In this document: one piece after another, positions 1 through 11,213 of the stretch
How positions within the stretch are numbered: position 1 is the first letter of the stretch
How the letters are laid out: each line of letters begins with the position of its first letter
NCBI RefSeq assembly: GCF_039654945.1
Contig: NW_027361829.1
Location: 71,114,001-71,178,000, forward strand
DNA length: 64,000 nucleotides
Source: Dendrobates tinctorius
Taxonomy: Eukaryota
Reading direction: 5' to 3'
Notes under the pieces: model-generated
What the model was told of the DNA's origin: nothing
Database searches by the model: none
What the model saw: the letters and a program-made list of their open reading frames with translations, nothing else
Program-made: the position numbers and the translations under genes

Positions 1-2585
1 TGGAGATGAATCTGTGCTGCTCAGTAGTGAGGCAGTGCTGTGGAGATGAATCTGTGCTGCACTTTATGTACATGCTCAGTAGTGAGGCAGTGCTGTGGAG
101 ATGAATCTGTGCTGCTCAGTAGTGAGGCAGTGCTGTGGAGATGAATCTGTGCTGCACTTTATGTACAGGCTCAGTAGTGAGGCAGTGATGTGGAGATGAA
201 TCTGTGCTGCACTTTATGTACATGCTCAGTAGTGAGGCAGGGCTGTGGAGATGAATCTGTGCTGCTTTTTATGTACAGGCTCAGTAGTGAGGCAGTGGTG
301 TGGAGATTAATCTGTGCTGCACTTTATGTACATGCTCAGTAGTGAGGCAGTGCTGTGGAGATGAATCTGTGCTGCACTTTATGTACATCCTCAGTAGTGA
401 GGCAGTGCTGTGGAGATGAATCTGTGCTGCACTTTATGTACATGCTCAGTAGTGAGGCAGTGCTGTGGAGATGAATCTGTGCTGCACTTTATGTACATCC
501 TCAGTAGTGAGGCAGTGCTGTGGAGATGAATCTGTGCTGCACTTTATGTACATGCTCAGTAGTGAGGCAGTGCTGTGGAGATGAATCTGTGCTGCACTTT
601 ATGTACATCCTCAGTAGTGAGGCAGTGCTGTGGAGATGAATCTGTGCTGCACTTTATGTACATGCTCAGTAGTGAGGCAGCGCTGTGGAGATGAATCTGT
701 GCTGCACTTTATGTACATCCTCAGTAGTGAGGCAGTGCTGTGGAGATGAATCTGTGCTGCACTTTATGTACATCCTCAGTAGTGAGGCAGTGCTGTGGAG
801 ATGAATCTGTGCTGCACTTTATGTACATGCTCAGTAGTGAGGCAGTGCTGTGGAGATGAATCTGTGCTGCACTTTATGTACATGCTCAGTAGTGAGGCAG
901 TGCTGTGGAGATGAATCTGTGCTGCACTTTATGTACATGCTCAGTAGTGAGGCAGCGCTGTGGAGATGAATCTGTGCTGCACTTTATGTACATCCTCAGT
1001 AGTGAGGCAGTGCTGTGGAGATGAATCTGTGCTGCACTTTATGTACATCCTCAGTAGTGAGGCAGTGCTGTGGAGATGAATCTGTGCTGCACTTTATGTA
1101 CATCCTCAGTAGTGAGGCAGTGCTGTGGAGATGAATCTGTGCTGCACTTTATGTACATGCTCAGTAGTGAGGCAGTGCTGTGGAGATGAATCTGTGCTGC
1201 ACTTTATTTACATGCTCAGTAGTGAGGCAGTGCTGTGGAGATGAATCTGTGCTGCACTTTATGTACATCCTCAGTAGTGAGGCAGCGCTGTGGAGATGAA
1301 TCTGTGCTGCACTTTATGTACATGCTCAGTAGTGAGGCAGTGCTGTGGAGATGAATCTGTGCTGCTCAGTAGTGAGGCAGTGATGTGGAGATGAATCTGT
1401 GCTGCACTTTATGTTCATGCTCAGTAGTGAGGCAGTGCTGTGGAGATGAATCTGTGCTGCACTTTATGTACATGCTCAGTAGTGAGGCAGTGCTGTGGAG
1501 ATGAATCAGTGCTGCACTTTATGTACATGCTCAGTAGTGAGGCAGGGCTGTGGAGATGAATCTGTGCTGCACTTTATGTACATCCTCAGTAGTGAGGCAG
1601 TGCTGTGGAGATGAATCTGTGCTGCACTTTATGTACATGCTCAGTAGTGAGGCAGTGCTGTGGAGATGAATCTGTGCTGCACTTTATGTACATGCTCAGT
1701 AGTGAGGCAGCGCTGTGGAGATGAATCTGTGCTGCACTTTATGTACATCCTCAGTAGTGAGGCAGTGCTGTGGAGATGAATCTGTGCTGCACTTTATGTA
1801 CATCCTCAGTAGTGAGGCAGTGCTGTGGAGATGAATCTGTGCTGCACTTTATGTACATCCTCAGTAGTGAGGCAGTGCTGTGGAGATGAATCTGTGCTGC
1901 ACTTTATGTACATGCTCAGTAGTGAGGCAGTGCTGTGGAGATGAATCTGTGCTGCACTTTATTTACATGCTCAGTAGTGAGGCAGTGCTGTGGAGATGAA
2001 TCTGTGCTGCACTTTATGTACATCCTCAGTAGTGAGGCAGCGCTGTGGAGATGAATCTGTGCTGCACTTTATGTACATGCTCAGTAGTGAGGCAGTGCTG
2101 TGGAGATGAATCTGTGCTGCTCAGTAGTGAGGCAGTGATGTGGAGATGAATCTGTGCTGCACTTTATGTTCATGCTCAGTAGTGAGGCAGTGCTGTGGAG
2201 ATGAATCTGTGCTGCACTTTATGTACATGCTCAGTAGTGAGGCAGTGCTGTGGAGATGAATCAGTGCTGCACTTTATGTACATGCTCAGTAGTGAGGCAG
2301 GGCTGTGGAGATGAATCTGTGCTGCACTTTATGTACATCCTCAGTAGTGAGGCAGTGCTGTGGAGATGAATCTGTGCTGCACTTTATGTACATGCTCAGT
2401 AGTGAGGCAGTGCTGTGGAGATGGATCTGTGCTGCACTTTATGTACATGCTCTGTAATGAGGCAGTGCTGTGGAGATGAATCTGTGCTGCACTTTATGTA
2501 CATGCTCAGTAGTGAGGCAGTGCTGTGGAGATGAATCTGTGCTGCACATTATGTGCATGCTCAGTAGTGAGGCAGTGCTGTGGAG
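1..2585. repeat. 55-bp tandem minisatellite (TGGAGATGAATCTGTGCTGCACTTTATGTACATGCTCAGTAGTGAGGCAGTGCTG) with occasional 40-bp deletion units; runs off the left edge
   Basis: Unit recurs with period 55 (e.g. TCTGTGCTGC at 421 and 476); 40-bp variants lack ACTTTATGTACATGC. Confidence 0.97.
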
Positions 2586-2641
2586 TTGGAGTCATGGAAA
2601 TGGAGGAGTCGGAGGTTTGGCTTACCGACTCCACAGCCCTA
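2586..2641 (-). mobile_element. Terminus of a non-autonomous hAT-type element (same family as 60744-61373)
   Basis: GGAGTCGGAGGTTTGGCTTACCGACTCCACAGCCCT is a near-exact reverse complement of the left end at 60744 (CAGGGCTGTGGAGTCGGTAAGCCAAACC). Confidence 0.8.
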
Positions 2642-3205
2642 TCTGAAACATCACATGCTGGCACAACAAAGCTACAGCCAGTGATTGGTTGCAGTGGTCA
2701 CGTTGTGTCGACACGTCATCACTTGAGCTGTAGATTGAATACCAATGGAGGACAAAATAAATGTCAGCAGTGGAGTAGCAGGGAATTGATAAGGAATTAT
2801 TCCCTTTAGTGTTTCATGTTGGAAGCGATTTCTTTATAATAAATCATGATGCCCCTTTAATACACAGCCCTGTGTAAGGTGCAGTTATTAAAGTACAATT
2901 TATATACTCATACATTCATTGAAGGTTTCGGTCCAGCTGGCAAGAAGCAGGTCCTCTGTGGTATAGGTACAGGGCTCCAGGATCCTGCGGTCAGTTACTT
3001 TATTGTTTGATTCCTTGGTTGAGATTTGCTCAGAAATCAGAGGCTTATTCTCCTCTAATTAAGAGGCTTACTGGTGTAAAGACGATTTGTCTGGTAATTC
3101 ACTTGCGCTACTTTATCTCCTTTATCTGCTACTGTGCCAAGTCTAGGTGACAGATAGTTCTCTGTATTTCTTGATTCTGTTTTAAATTTTATCGCAAATG
3201 TTTTA

Positions 3206-4733
3206 GCATTGCATAATGTATGGTGGGACTTTCAGGCCATAGTATGTGGTGGTGTATTGCTAGTGCATATCCCATTGCTGCAGTTCTCATTTCCAGTATT
3301 TCCCTACACAGCTGCGCTCTCGGCCACCTTTTATGCAAGAAATACGGTAACTAGAGACCAGTGCTAAGCTACAGCTGTGGCCCCTCCATACTCAATGTGG
3401 CCCCTTCATACTCACTGTGGCCCCTTCATACTCACTGTGGCCCCTCCATGCTCACTGTGGCCCCTCCATGCTCACTGTGGCCCCTCCATGCTCACTGTGG
3501 CCCCTCCATGCTCACTGTGGCCCCTCCATGCTCACTGTGGCCCCTCCATGCTCACTGTGGCCCCTCCATGCTCACTGTGGCTCCTCCATGCTCACTGTGG
3601 CTCCTCCATGCTCACTGTAGCCCCTCCATGCTCACTGTGGCCCCTCCATACTCACTGTGGCCCCTCCATACTCACTGTGGCTCCTCCATGCTCACTGTGG
3701 CTCCTCCATGCTCACTGTGGCTCCTCCATGCTCACTGTGGCTCCTCCATGCTCACTGTGGCTCCTCCATGCTCACTGTGGCTCCTCCATGCTCACTGTGG
3801 CTCCTCCATGCTCACTGTGGCCCCTCCATGCTCACTGTGGCCCCTCCATGCTCACTGTGGCCCCTTCATGCTCACTGTGGCCCCTTCATGCTCACTGTGG
3901 CCCCTTCATGCTCACTGTGGCCCCTTCATGCTCACTGTGGCCCCTTCATGCTCACTGTGGCCCCTTCATACTCACTGTGGCCCCTTCATACTCACTGTGG
4001 CCCCTTCATTCTCATCCATCATTATCCGTCTTGGTCTTAAGGGTAGTAATACCACCAAATTGTTATGGCTAGGATAACATCTATATTGACCTCTTATATG
4101 GACAAACCATAAAAGCCAATTAGTAGAGAAGAGCACATCTATAGGGGCCAAATCAGAATTCCAGGCCCACCAGACGAGAGCCCTGCATACTGCTTCCTAC
4201 GTGCCAGGCGCCTCTTCTGATACGTAGGCCCGGCAATACGTCATCATTGTGGCATGACGCATGTATGACATCGCTCCAGGCCAACTAATCAGAAGAGGCG
4301 TCGTTGACGCCGACCGGTAAGAAGAGGGCTGCTGGCCGGTGGTTACAGAATACTGATTTAAATGCTGGACCAGAGTCCTACAAATTGATTTACTCATCTC
4401 TACCAAATAGCTAGTGCGGCAGGAAAATTTCAGCTCACAGGCACTGACTAAAATTCTCAGCAAAATCTGCAACAAACCTGTGTGTGACCCATGATGATTG
4501 TGCCATGGATTTGTCACAGATTCCTAGCCAAATAGCCTATTTTCTCTGCACAAGGTAAGTCCTCATGTGGACGAAGCTGTAAAGCAGCGGTGGCGTGGAG
4601 CCAGTCTTGGACTCGTCTCCCGTAAATAGGACATGCCCAGTAATGATGCGCAGTGATCTTGGCCACACATATGACCCACAAGTGCTGGAGTCTGGTCTTC
4701 CAGCAACCTCTTTAATCTGCTTTTCCATTGGTT
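3206..4733 (+). repeat. Block A, left copy of a long direct duplication flanking the Penelope-like element
   Basis: Runs GCATTGCATAATGTATGG...TTTTCCATTGGTT; near-identical to 11214-12482 except for minisatellite length and scattered substitutions. Confidence 0.93.
3374..4010. repeat. 20-bp minisatellite (CTCACTGTGGCCCCTCCATG), about 32 units
   Basis: Directly visible periodicity; explains the repetitive ORFs in all three + frames. Confidence 0.97.
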
Positions 4734-5330
4734 TGAATCCAAAGGGAGTTTGTAGCTATATTCCGCGCTGCCGCTTTAGACAAATTCCAGGAGAACGCTG
4801 TATGATTGCAGTGGTTTTATTCTACGCGTTTCAGGGGTCTCATGCCCCCTTCATCAGGAAATACCACAAATACATACAGGTATCACAGTCATAAATAGGT
4901 TTGAAAGGATGCTGGATTTCAAAAAAATGAGCGCCAACAAGTCAGATGGTGCAGTGTCAAAGTTCAATGACACCACATGATTAACAGTTAACCTAAGATA
5001 TATTACAAAAGAATACGTATTTTAAAAGATTTTTTGATTAAATTTTCATTTACAAAACAGATAATAAAGTCAAATTTACGATTTAAACAAAAAAAAAAAA
5101 AAAAAAAAAGAAAAAGGGAAGGGGAGAGTTTATTCCTGTTTAGAGGTGGATACCTTACAAGTGGACTATCGTATGGAAACAGCAAACCGCTTTTTTTCAT
5201 TGAAAGCATTGCAATCTTTATACAAAAAGGGGAAAAAAGTAAAAACATAATTTTAATTCTTTACCAATAAAAAATATATAATTTTAGTTAAATTCTAAAA
5301 AATAAAATATAAAGTTATTTTTTAGTATAG
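4734..5330 (-). repeat. 3' pseudo-LTR (pLTR) of the PLE
   Basis: Direct repeat of 10627-11208 (TGAATCCAAAGGGAG...TTTTAGTATA). Confidence 0.9.
4811..4867 (-). ncRNA. Minimal type I hammerhead ribozyme in 3' pLTR
   Basis: Minus strand: GTGGTATTTC-CTGATGA-AGGGGGCATGAGACCCCT-GAAAC-GC-GTA-GAATAAAACCAC; conserved core, stem II AGGGG/CCCCT, palindromic ACGCGT stem III. Confidence 0.88.
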
Positions 5331-5669
5331 CGGAAATGGGTTTAAAAAATAATAAAGGATGCTAAAAGCAGCAACACACCAGAAGCTGCACAGCAGTCAG
5401 CGCTGCTCAGAATGAGAACGCAGACAGCATGGATTCATTACTTCACTAATACAAAGATCATGGGCAAATTTTAGATTTAACATGAAGCACATAAAAAAAG
5501 GGGGTTAATATCAGATGCAGCAACACACAGGACGCTGTGCAGGAGCCCACTACTGCTCAAAGTAAAAACGCAGGATAAAGCGGCAGAGTGAATGGGTGGC
5601 TTCATTAATAGATAAGATCGCAGGCAGCTTTTGTGTTCAACACGTGACACATAAGTCTTTACACTGTGA

Positions 5670-6048
5670 GGCTGTGTGCACACGCTGCGGATTTTGCTGC
5701 GGTTCCGCAGCGGTTTTGGCCGCTGCGGACCCGCAGCAGTTTCTGCTGCGGTGTACAGTACCATGATTCCCTATGGGAATCAAAAACCGCAGTGCAGACC
5801 GTGCGGAATTTTCCGCGCGGATTATCTGCGGTTTTCAATCCGCAGAAAGAATTGACATGTCAATTCTTTCTGCGGATTCTCCTGCGGTTTGCCATCTCCT
5901 CTATTGAGGAGATGAAAACCCGCAGGGCAAAACCGCAGAGCAATCCGCAGGTAAAACCGCAGGTCTTTTGACCTGCGGTTTCACCTGCGGATTTTACAAA
6001 ATCCGCGCGGATGAATCCGCACATAATCCGCAGCGTGTGCACGCAGCC
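5670..6048. mobile_element. PIF/Harbinger-type MITE inserted in PLE 3' region
   Basis: TIRs GGCTGTGTGCACACGCTGCGG / CCGCAGCGTGTGCACGCAGCC; 3-bp TSD TGA. Confidence 0.85.
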
Positions 6049-6769
6049 TGAAGGAGTGGCAGTAACATTCTTGCACTGTTCACTAATCTCTATGGCTAGG
6101 CAATATATGCATGGGAGCTGAGTTAAAGGAGAAATGAGATACTATTATCAGCCGGGGTCATTCTTTCATGTCAGACTAGTAGAATTAGTAGCGCTTACCC
6201 GGGCTTAATTAAAGAAGAAGAAAAAAAAAAAAAAAAAAACTTCAAAAAAATTTTTCTTCAAAAAATGCAACTAACAGAGATAATGTTTAAGACAGAGGTA
6301 TGAAAGTGATTGCTCCCAAGGGCAAAAGGAGCTAAACCTGATAGGAGGCTATACAGGATTTTCATATATATAACACTCTTTTAGAGCTAACGCACAAGTA
6401 ATATTTAAATAAATACATAAATAATTTTTTTCATTAGACCAAGGAGGCACAGTATTGTAAAATTAATTATAAATATAAATATAAAATTGCAATTAGGTAT
6501 TGCATAAAGTACAAACAAATCTATAAAAAATATATAAAAACCACAAGGCGGGGACTGCATAACTAGGTTAACATTATCAACAAGGGAAACTGACACAAAT
6601 AGTGCATGTAAAATTTTAAATTTAAATAGAACAAAGAGAAATTATCGCAAAGAACTCAGAAGCCATCTATGCACATGAGGGTTTTTTTGTTTTTTTTTTC
6701 TCTTTTCTTCCTTTTTTTTTCTCTGATTACAGAGCATGTGAATATGGGTGTGAACAAAAATTCCACTGT

Positions 6770-7596
6770 CTAGGTAAAAACCTCAGCTATTTCATTTAAA
6801 CCCTGTGGTTTCAGACTCCCTAATTTGTAGATCCAATAGGCTTCCTTTCTATTTAATTTCGTAGATCTGTTCGGTGCACATTTAGGTATATGATCGATAG
6901 GGCTAATTTTTAATAATTTCGAATTCTTATCATGTACCAAAGCGTAATGTCTGGACAGCCCATGAGTAAGCAGGCCTTTTTAATATTATGCCGATGGGAG
7001 TTCAATCTGAGGTGTAGGGGTTGTGTGGTCCTCCCTACATATTGCTTACCACAGGGACATTCAATGACATAAATGACAAAGTCAGAGTTACAATTTAGAA
7101 CAAAAGGGATCATAAATTTCTCTTTAGTAGAAAATGAAATTGTATAATTAGCTTTATGATTTATATTAGAACAGCATAAGCAGTTCCTCGTGCCACATTT
7201 AAAGATTCCTTTAGTTGAATTCAGGGTGTAACCGTTAATGGGGCTAGCATGAGCTCTCAGGCGGCTAGGGGCTATTAGATCCTTGATTGTGGGGGCTCTA
7301 CGGAATGTAACCCCGGGATTCCTAGGAAAGATATTGTTCAGAATGGGAGCGTTCAGTAATATATGCCAATTCTTATGAAAAATTATACGAATTTCATTAT
7401 GTTCAATGGAGAATTGCGTTATAAAATTCATTGAAAAGTTCTTATCAGTAATGACTTGCTCTTTAGGCTCCAGCAATGCTCTCTGATTTACTTTGAGAGA
7501 GTTTTTAAAGGCATTCTTAATTAAGTGTGAAGGGTATTTTTGGGCAAAAAATCTTTTCTTTAAAATATTGGACTGATCTTTAAAGTCAGTATCCAA
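6770..7596 (-). pseudogene. PLE C-terminal thumb/linker + GIY-YIG endonuclease (frameshifted)
   Basis: CGTRNCLCC...CNSDFVIYVIECPCGKQYVGRT...RLNSHR; after a frameshift it continues as EAYWIYKLGSLKPQGLNE to a TAG at ~6770. Confidence 0.9.
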
Positions 7597-9040
7597 TGAG
7601 CAGTTTTCTAATCCGGTGAAATTGATTGTTAGGAATGTTATTCAACCATTTGTTGTAGTGCCCACTATTAAAATGAATGTAGCCATTGGTGTCTACTTTT
7701 TTAAAAAACGTTTTGCTACATATTCTGTCTTCTTTAATAAAAAGGTTAATATCTAAAAAATTAATTAAAAGACTGCTGTAAGCTGCTGTAAAAGAAAGAT
7801 CCCAGTCGTTAGAATTTATTGTCTGAATAAAAGTTTCAACATTATTAGTGGAGTTGTCCCAGATAAAAAATAAATCATCAATGAATCTTTTATAAAAAAT
7901 AATATTTTTGCTCCAATTTTCATTCAAAATAAAAGAATTTTCAAAAATCCCCATGAAAAGGTTAGCGAAAGTAGGTGCTACCTTTGAGCCCATTGCGGTC
8001 CCCTTAACTTGTTGATAAAATATTTTTTCAAAGGTAAAAAAATTATTTTTCAATATAAAATCAATACCTTTTAAAATAAAATCCTTTTGAGCCAAAGAAA
8101 GTCTAATGTCAGATTTTAAAAAATGATGAAAACAATTCACACCTACATCATGTGGAATATTAGAATAAAGTGCAGTCACATCCATAGTAATGAAAACATA
8201 TTGTGGTTTCCAAGTGACTTCTTGGAGTAGATACAATAAATGAGTTGAGTCTCTGAGGTGACTTTTTAATTCAAATACATGCGGTAACATAATCCTATCA
8301 ATGTAATGAGCTAGATTAGAGGTTAGAGAGTTAATACCCGCAATTATCGGTCTGCCAGGGGGATTGCAAAGACCTTTATGTACTTTAGGTAAGTGATAAA
8401 AAAAAGGAATGCTTGGGTTTTTAATGCTTAACTTTTTTTCTTTATAATTGAAAATATTCTGGGAAAGACCCTCGATGATTAAAGCATTATAGGCTGTGAT
8501 AGATTTAGAATAATCGCTAAATGAGCTTTTAATATAGTAGCTAGTATCAGATAAAATTCTATGAGCTTCATTAATGTAATCACATCGATTTTGGATTACA
8601 ATCCCACCACCTTTATCAGCCTGTCTAATCACAATCAAACTGTTAAGAGAAAGGGATTTCAATGCTTGTTTCTCTTGTCTATTAAGATTAGGTTTCTTCC
8701 TTTTACTAATGTCCCTCCATGTTATTTTTTCAAGCTCTTTTTGTACAATATCGCTGAAGGCATTAATCTGATGACTTTTGTCCTCAAGGGGATAAAAATT
8801 AGATTTATAAGGTACATCGAGATGAAAAAGATCATGAACATCTTCATCCATTTCAGCAGAATCATTTGTGGTGTTTTTAGCAAAATGTCTTTTGAGAGTT
8901 AATTTTCTGATAAAAATCTGCAAGTCCAAAAAGAGGTCAAAATCCTTCGATTTATTATTAGGGCAGAAGGATAATCCTTTGGAGAGAAGGGCTGTCTCAC
9001 TACTAGTAAGGTCATAATCTGATAAATTAAAAATATTAGA
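7586..9040 (-). pseudogene. PLE reverse transcriptase domain
   Basis: IRQADKGG, FYHLPKVHK, PGRPII, MDVTALYSNIPH, GTAMGSKVAPTFANLFM, RFIDDLF, NFLD; upstream in-frame NLSDYDL...LSKGLSFCP. Confidence 0.95.
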
Positions 9041-9072
9041 AATATTAGGAGTATGACCCTCCTCCCTACTTG

Positions 9073-10382
9073 TTAAGGTAGTATTTTTCCTTTCTTTTTT
9101 TCTCCCACCTCTTGTTCCTCTAAAGCATTTTTTCTTTTTCCTTTTTTTGGAAGAAAGAACTGATTTACTTGAGGTGTGCTCTTGAGAGCATGGGGTAAAA
9201 AAGGCACGGTACCATTTTTGGAAACATTAGAGTTATCCAGTATAATGGTATTACTAATTTCTGAGGAAGTAATAGCACTTGTTGTGGCAATATTCACAGT
9301 ATCAAGCTCATTAGTATTGAAAGGTTGAGAGGGTAAAAGCATGCTTGGTGTAGTATCATGTATAGAGAAATCCAGTAATGAAATGGGGAGGGGGGAAAAT
9401 ACCGATAGGGAAACATTGCCCCCTTTCGTGGGTGGACAAGAATTTTTGAAGGTGGAGGACATTTTTACTTTTTCCATTTACTTATCAGCATTGTTTTTGT
9501 TAATCTGAATTTTAATCTTTTCAAGGTGTTCCCTTGCTTCAAGCAGGGTTTGGGAGTGATTAAGAAAAATCTTAATAAGAGCTTTGCCAGAGGATTTTGG
9601 AGTACTCATATTATCTGGGGGGATACTGGAGACAGAATTATTGTCCAGATTAGTAATATGAGTTTTGGCATGGAGGGGTTGTGGGCTAGATCCACCCGAA
9701 TCACCATTTGATTTCTTTATTTCTGTAAGAGATACAGTATAGGTCTGTTTATTAATAGGCTGTAGTAAAGCAGAATCATTATTAGCAGAAGCAATTAAAC
9801 AATTGTCCTTTAAGTTCTTATTCTTGTTAGTGTTTTTTCGTTTATAATCTTCCCTATCCCGCTGTAATTTGTTTGATTTCTTCATTATAGTGTCATTTTC
9901 TAGCTGCATAATAAATGTCGTCACATTTGAGTTTATTTTCCTATATTCTGGGTGCGCTATAAACGGTAACACATCATTGTGAATTTGTTTGATCTTAATT
10001 GTTGCTATATCGCAAAGCTGGGATCTCTTTTTAAAGAGGGCAGTTAACATTTCTGACATGCAAAATTATTTACAATATTATTCCAGTCATTTGTGAACTC
10101 ACAGTCATCCGGGAAGGGAGAATCATGTATTATTCTGAGACCTCTGGGGCAAATATTTTCTCTCAGATAAATCGAGAGAAAATGAGCATCCAGATGAAAG
10201 TGAAGTTCTTCTTTAAGTCCTTCCTTGAAACTATAAAATGTTTTACGAAGATTTCTAGTTTCTTCATCAGTAAATATGTGTTGATTTAGATCCACAGCAG
10301 AGCTGGGTTCAACACAACCAATTGTCTGTTTAATCAGGCGTTCTCTAGAGGTCAGTCGATTCTGAAAGTATTCCATAGTCAA
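9073..10382 (-). pseudogene. Disrupted N-terminal region of the PLE ORF
   Basis: Three consecutive minus-strand ORF pieces upstream of RT; FLSIYLRENICPRGLRI resembles the N-terminal motif of vertebrate PLE proteins. Confidence 0.65.
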
Positions 10383-10463
10383 AAGAGGAGAGAAAGTAAC
10401 GGACCCTCTGCTGCTGTGCAGTCTTGAACCAGGAGGATTTTCCCAGATCCTGCTAGTTGATAA

Positions 10464-10551
10464 CTATTGCAAAAAAAGGGGGGGGGAGACAAAAAGCGCA
10501 ATAGGGTCTTATCCACGTTACAAAGGACAGTATATCATGAAATATGCTCAC
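10464..10551 (-). other. Retained 88-bp spliceosomal intron in the PLE 5' leader
   Basis: Minus strand CAG|GTGAGC ... long pyrimidine tract ...TTTTTGCAATAG|. Confidence 0.7.
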
Positions 10552-10626
10552 CTGGTTAGGATGAGATAAGAGCGTGTAGGTAGCGGCTGCTGCAGATCCA
10601 CAGGTCTTCAGCGACCAAAGAAATCA

Positions 10627-11208
10627 TGAATCCAAAGGGAGTTTGTAGCTATATTCCGCGCTGCCGCTTTAGACAAATTCCAGGAGAATGCTGTATGATT
10701 GCAGTGGTTTTATTCTACACGTTTCAGGGGTCTCATGCCCCCTTCATCAGGAAATACCACAAAATACATACAGGTATCACAGACATAAATAGGTTTGAAA
10801 GGATGCTGGATTTCAAAAAAATGAGCGCCAGCAAGTCAGATGGTGCAGTGTCAAAGTTCAATGACACCACATGATTAACAGTTCACCTAGGATATATTAC
10901 AAAAGTATGCGTATTTTAAAAGATTTTTTGATTAAATTTTCATTTACAAAACAGATAATAAAGTCAAATTTACGATTTAAACAAAAAAAAAAAAAGGGAA
11001 GGGGAGAGTTTATTCCTGTTTAGAGGTGGATACCTTACAAGTGGACTATCGTATGGAAACAGCAAACCGCTTTTTTTCATTGAAAGCATTGCAATCTTTA
11101 TACAAAAAGGGGAAAAAATAAAAACATAATTTTAATTCTTTACCAATAAAAAATATATAATTTTAGTTAAATTCTAAAAAATTAAATATAAAGTTATTTT
11201 TTAGTATA
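10627..11208 (-). repeat. 5' pLTR of the PLE
   Basis: Direct repeat of 4734-5330. Confidence 0.9.
10704..10760 (-). ncRNA. Hammerhead ribozyme in 5' pLTR
   Basis: Same motif as 4811-4867 but GAAACGTGTA instead of GAAACGCGTA. Confidence 0.85.
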
Positions 11209-11213
11209 TGATT

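Larger units (their letters stand above)
4734..11208 (-). mobile_element. Penelope-like element (Neptune-type), near full length, with direct pLTRs
   Basis: RT + GIY-YIG ORFs on minus strand; ~590-bp direct repeats 4734-5330 and 10627-11208, each with a hammerhead motif; Cys-rich linker before GIY-YIG. Confidence 0.92.

Noticed and set aside
1-2585. CRISPR-like array
   Set aside because: Head-to-tail units with no unique spacers, no cas genes, eukaryotic context
3361-4077. Repetitive Cys/His/Pro-rich ORFs (also 11369-11825)
   Set aside because: Produced by a stop-free 20-bp minisatellite open in all three frames
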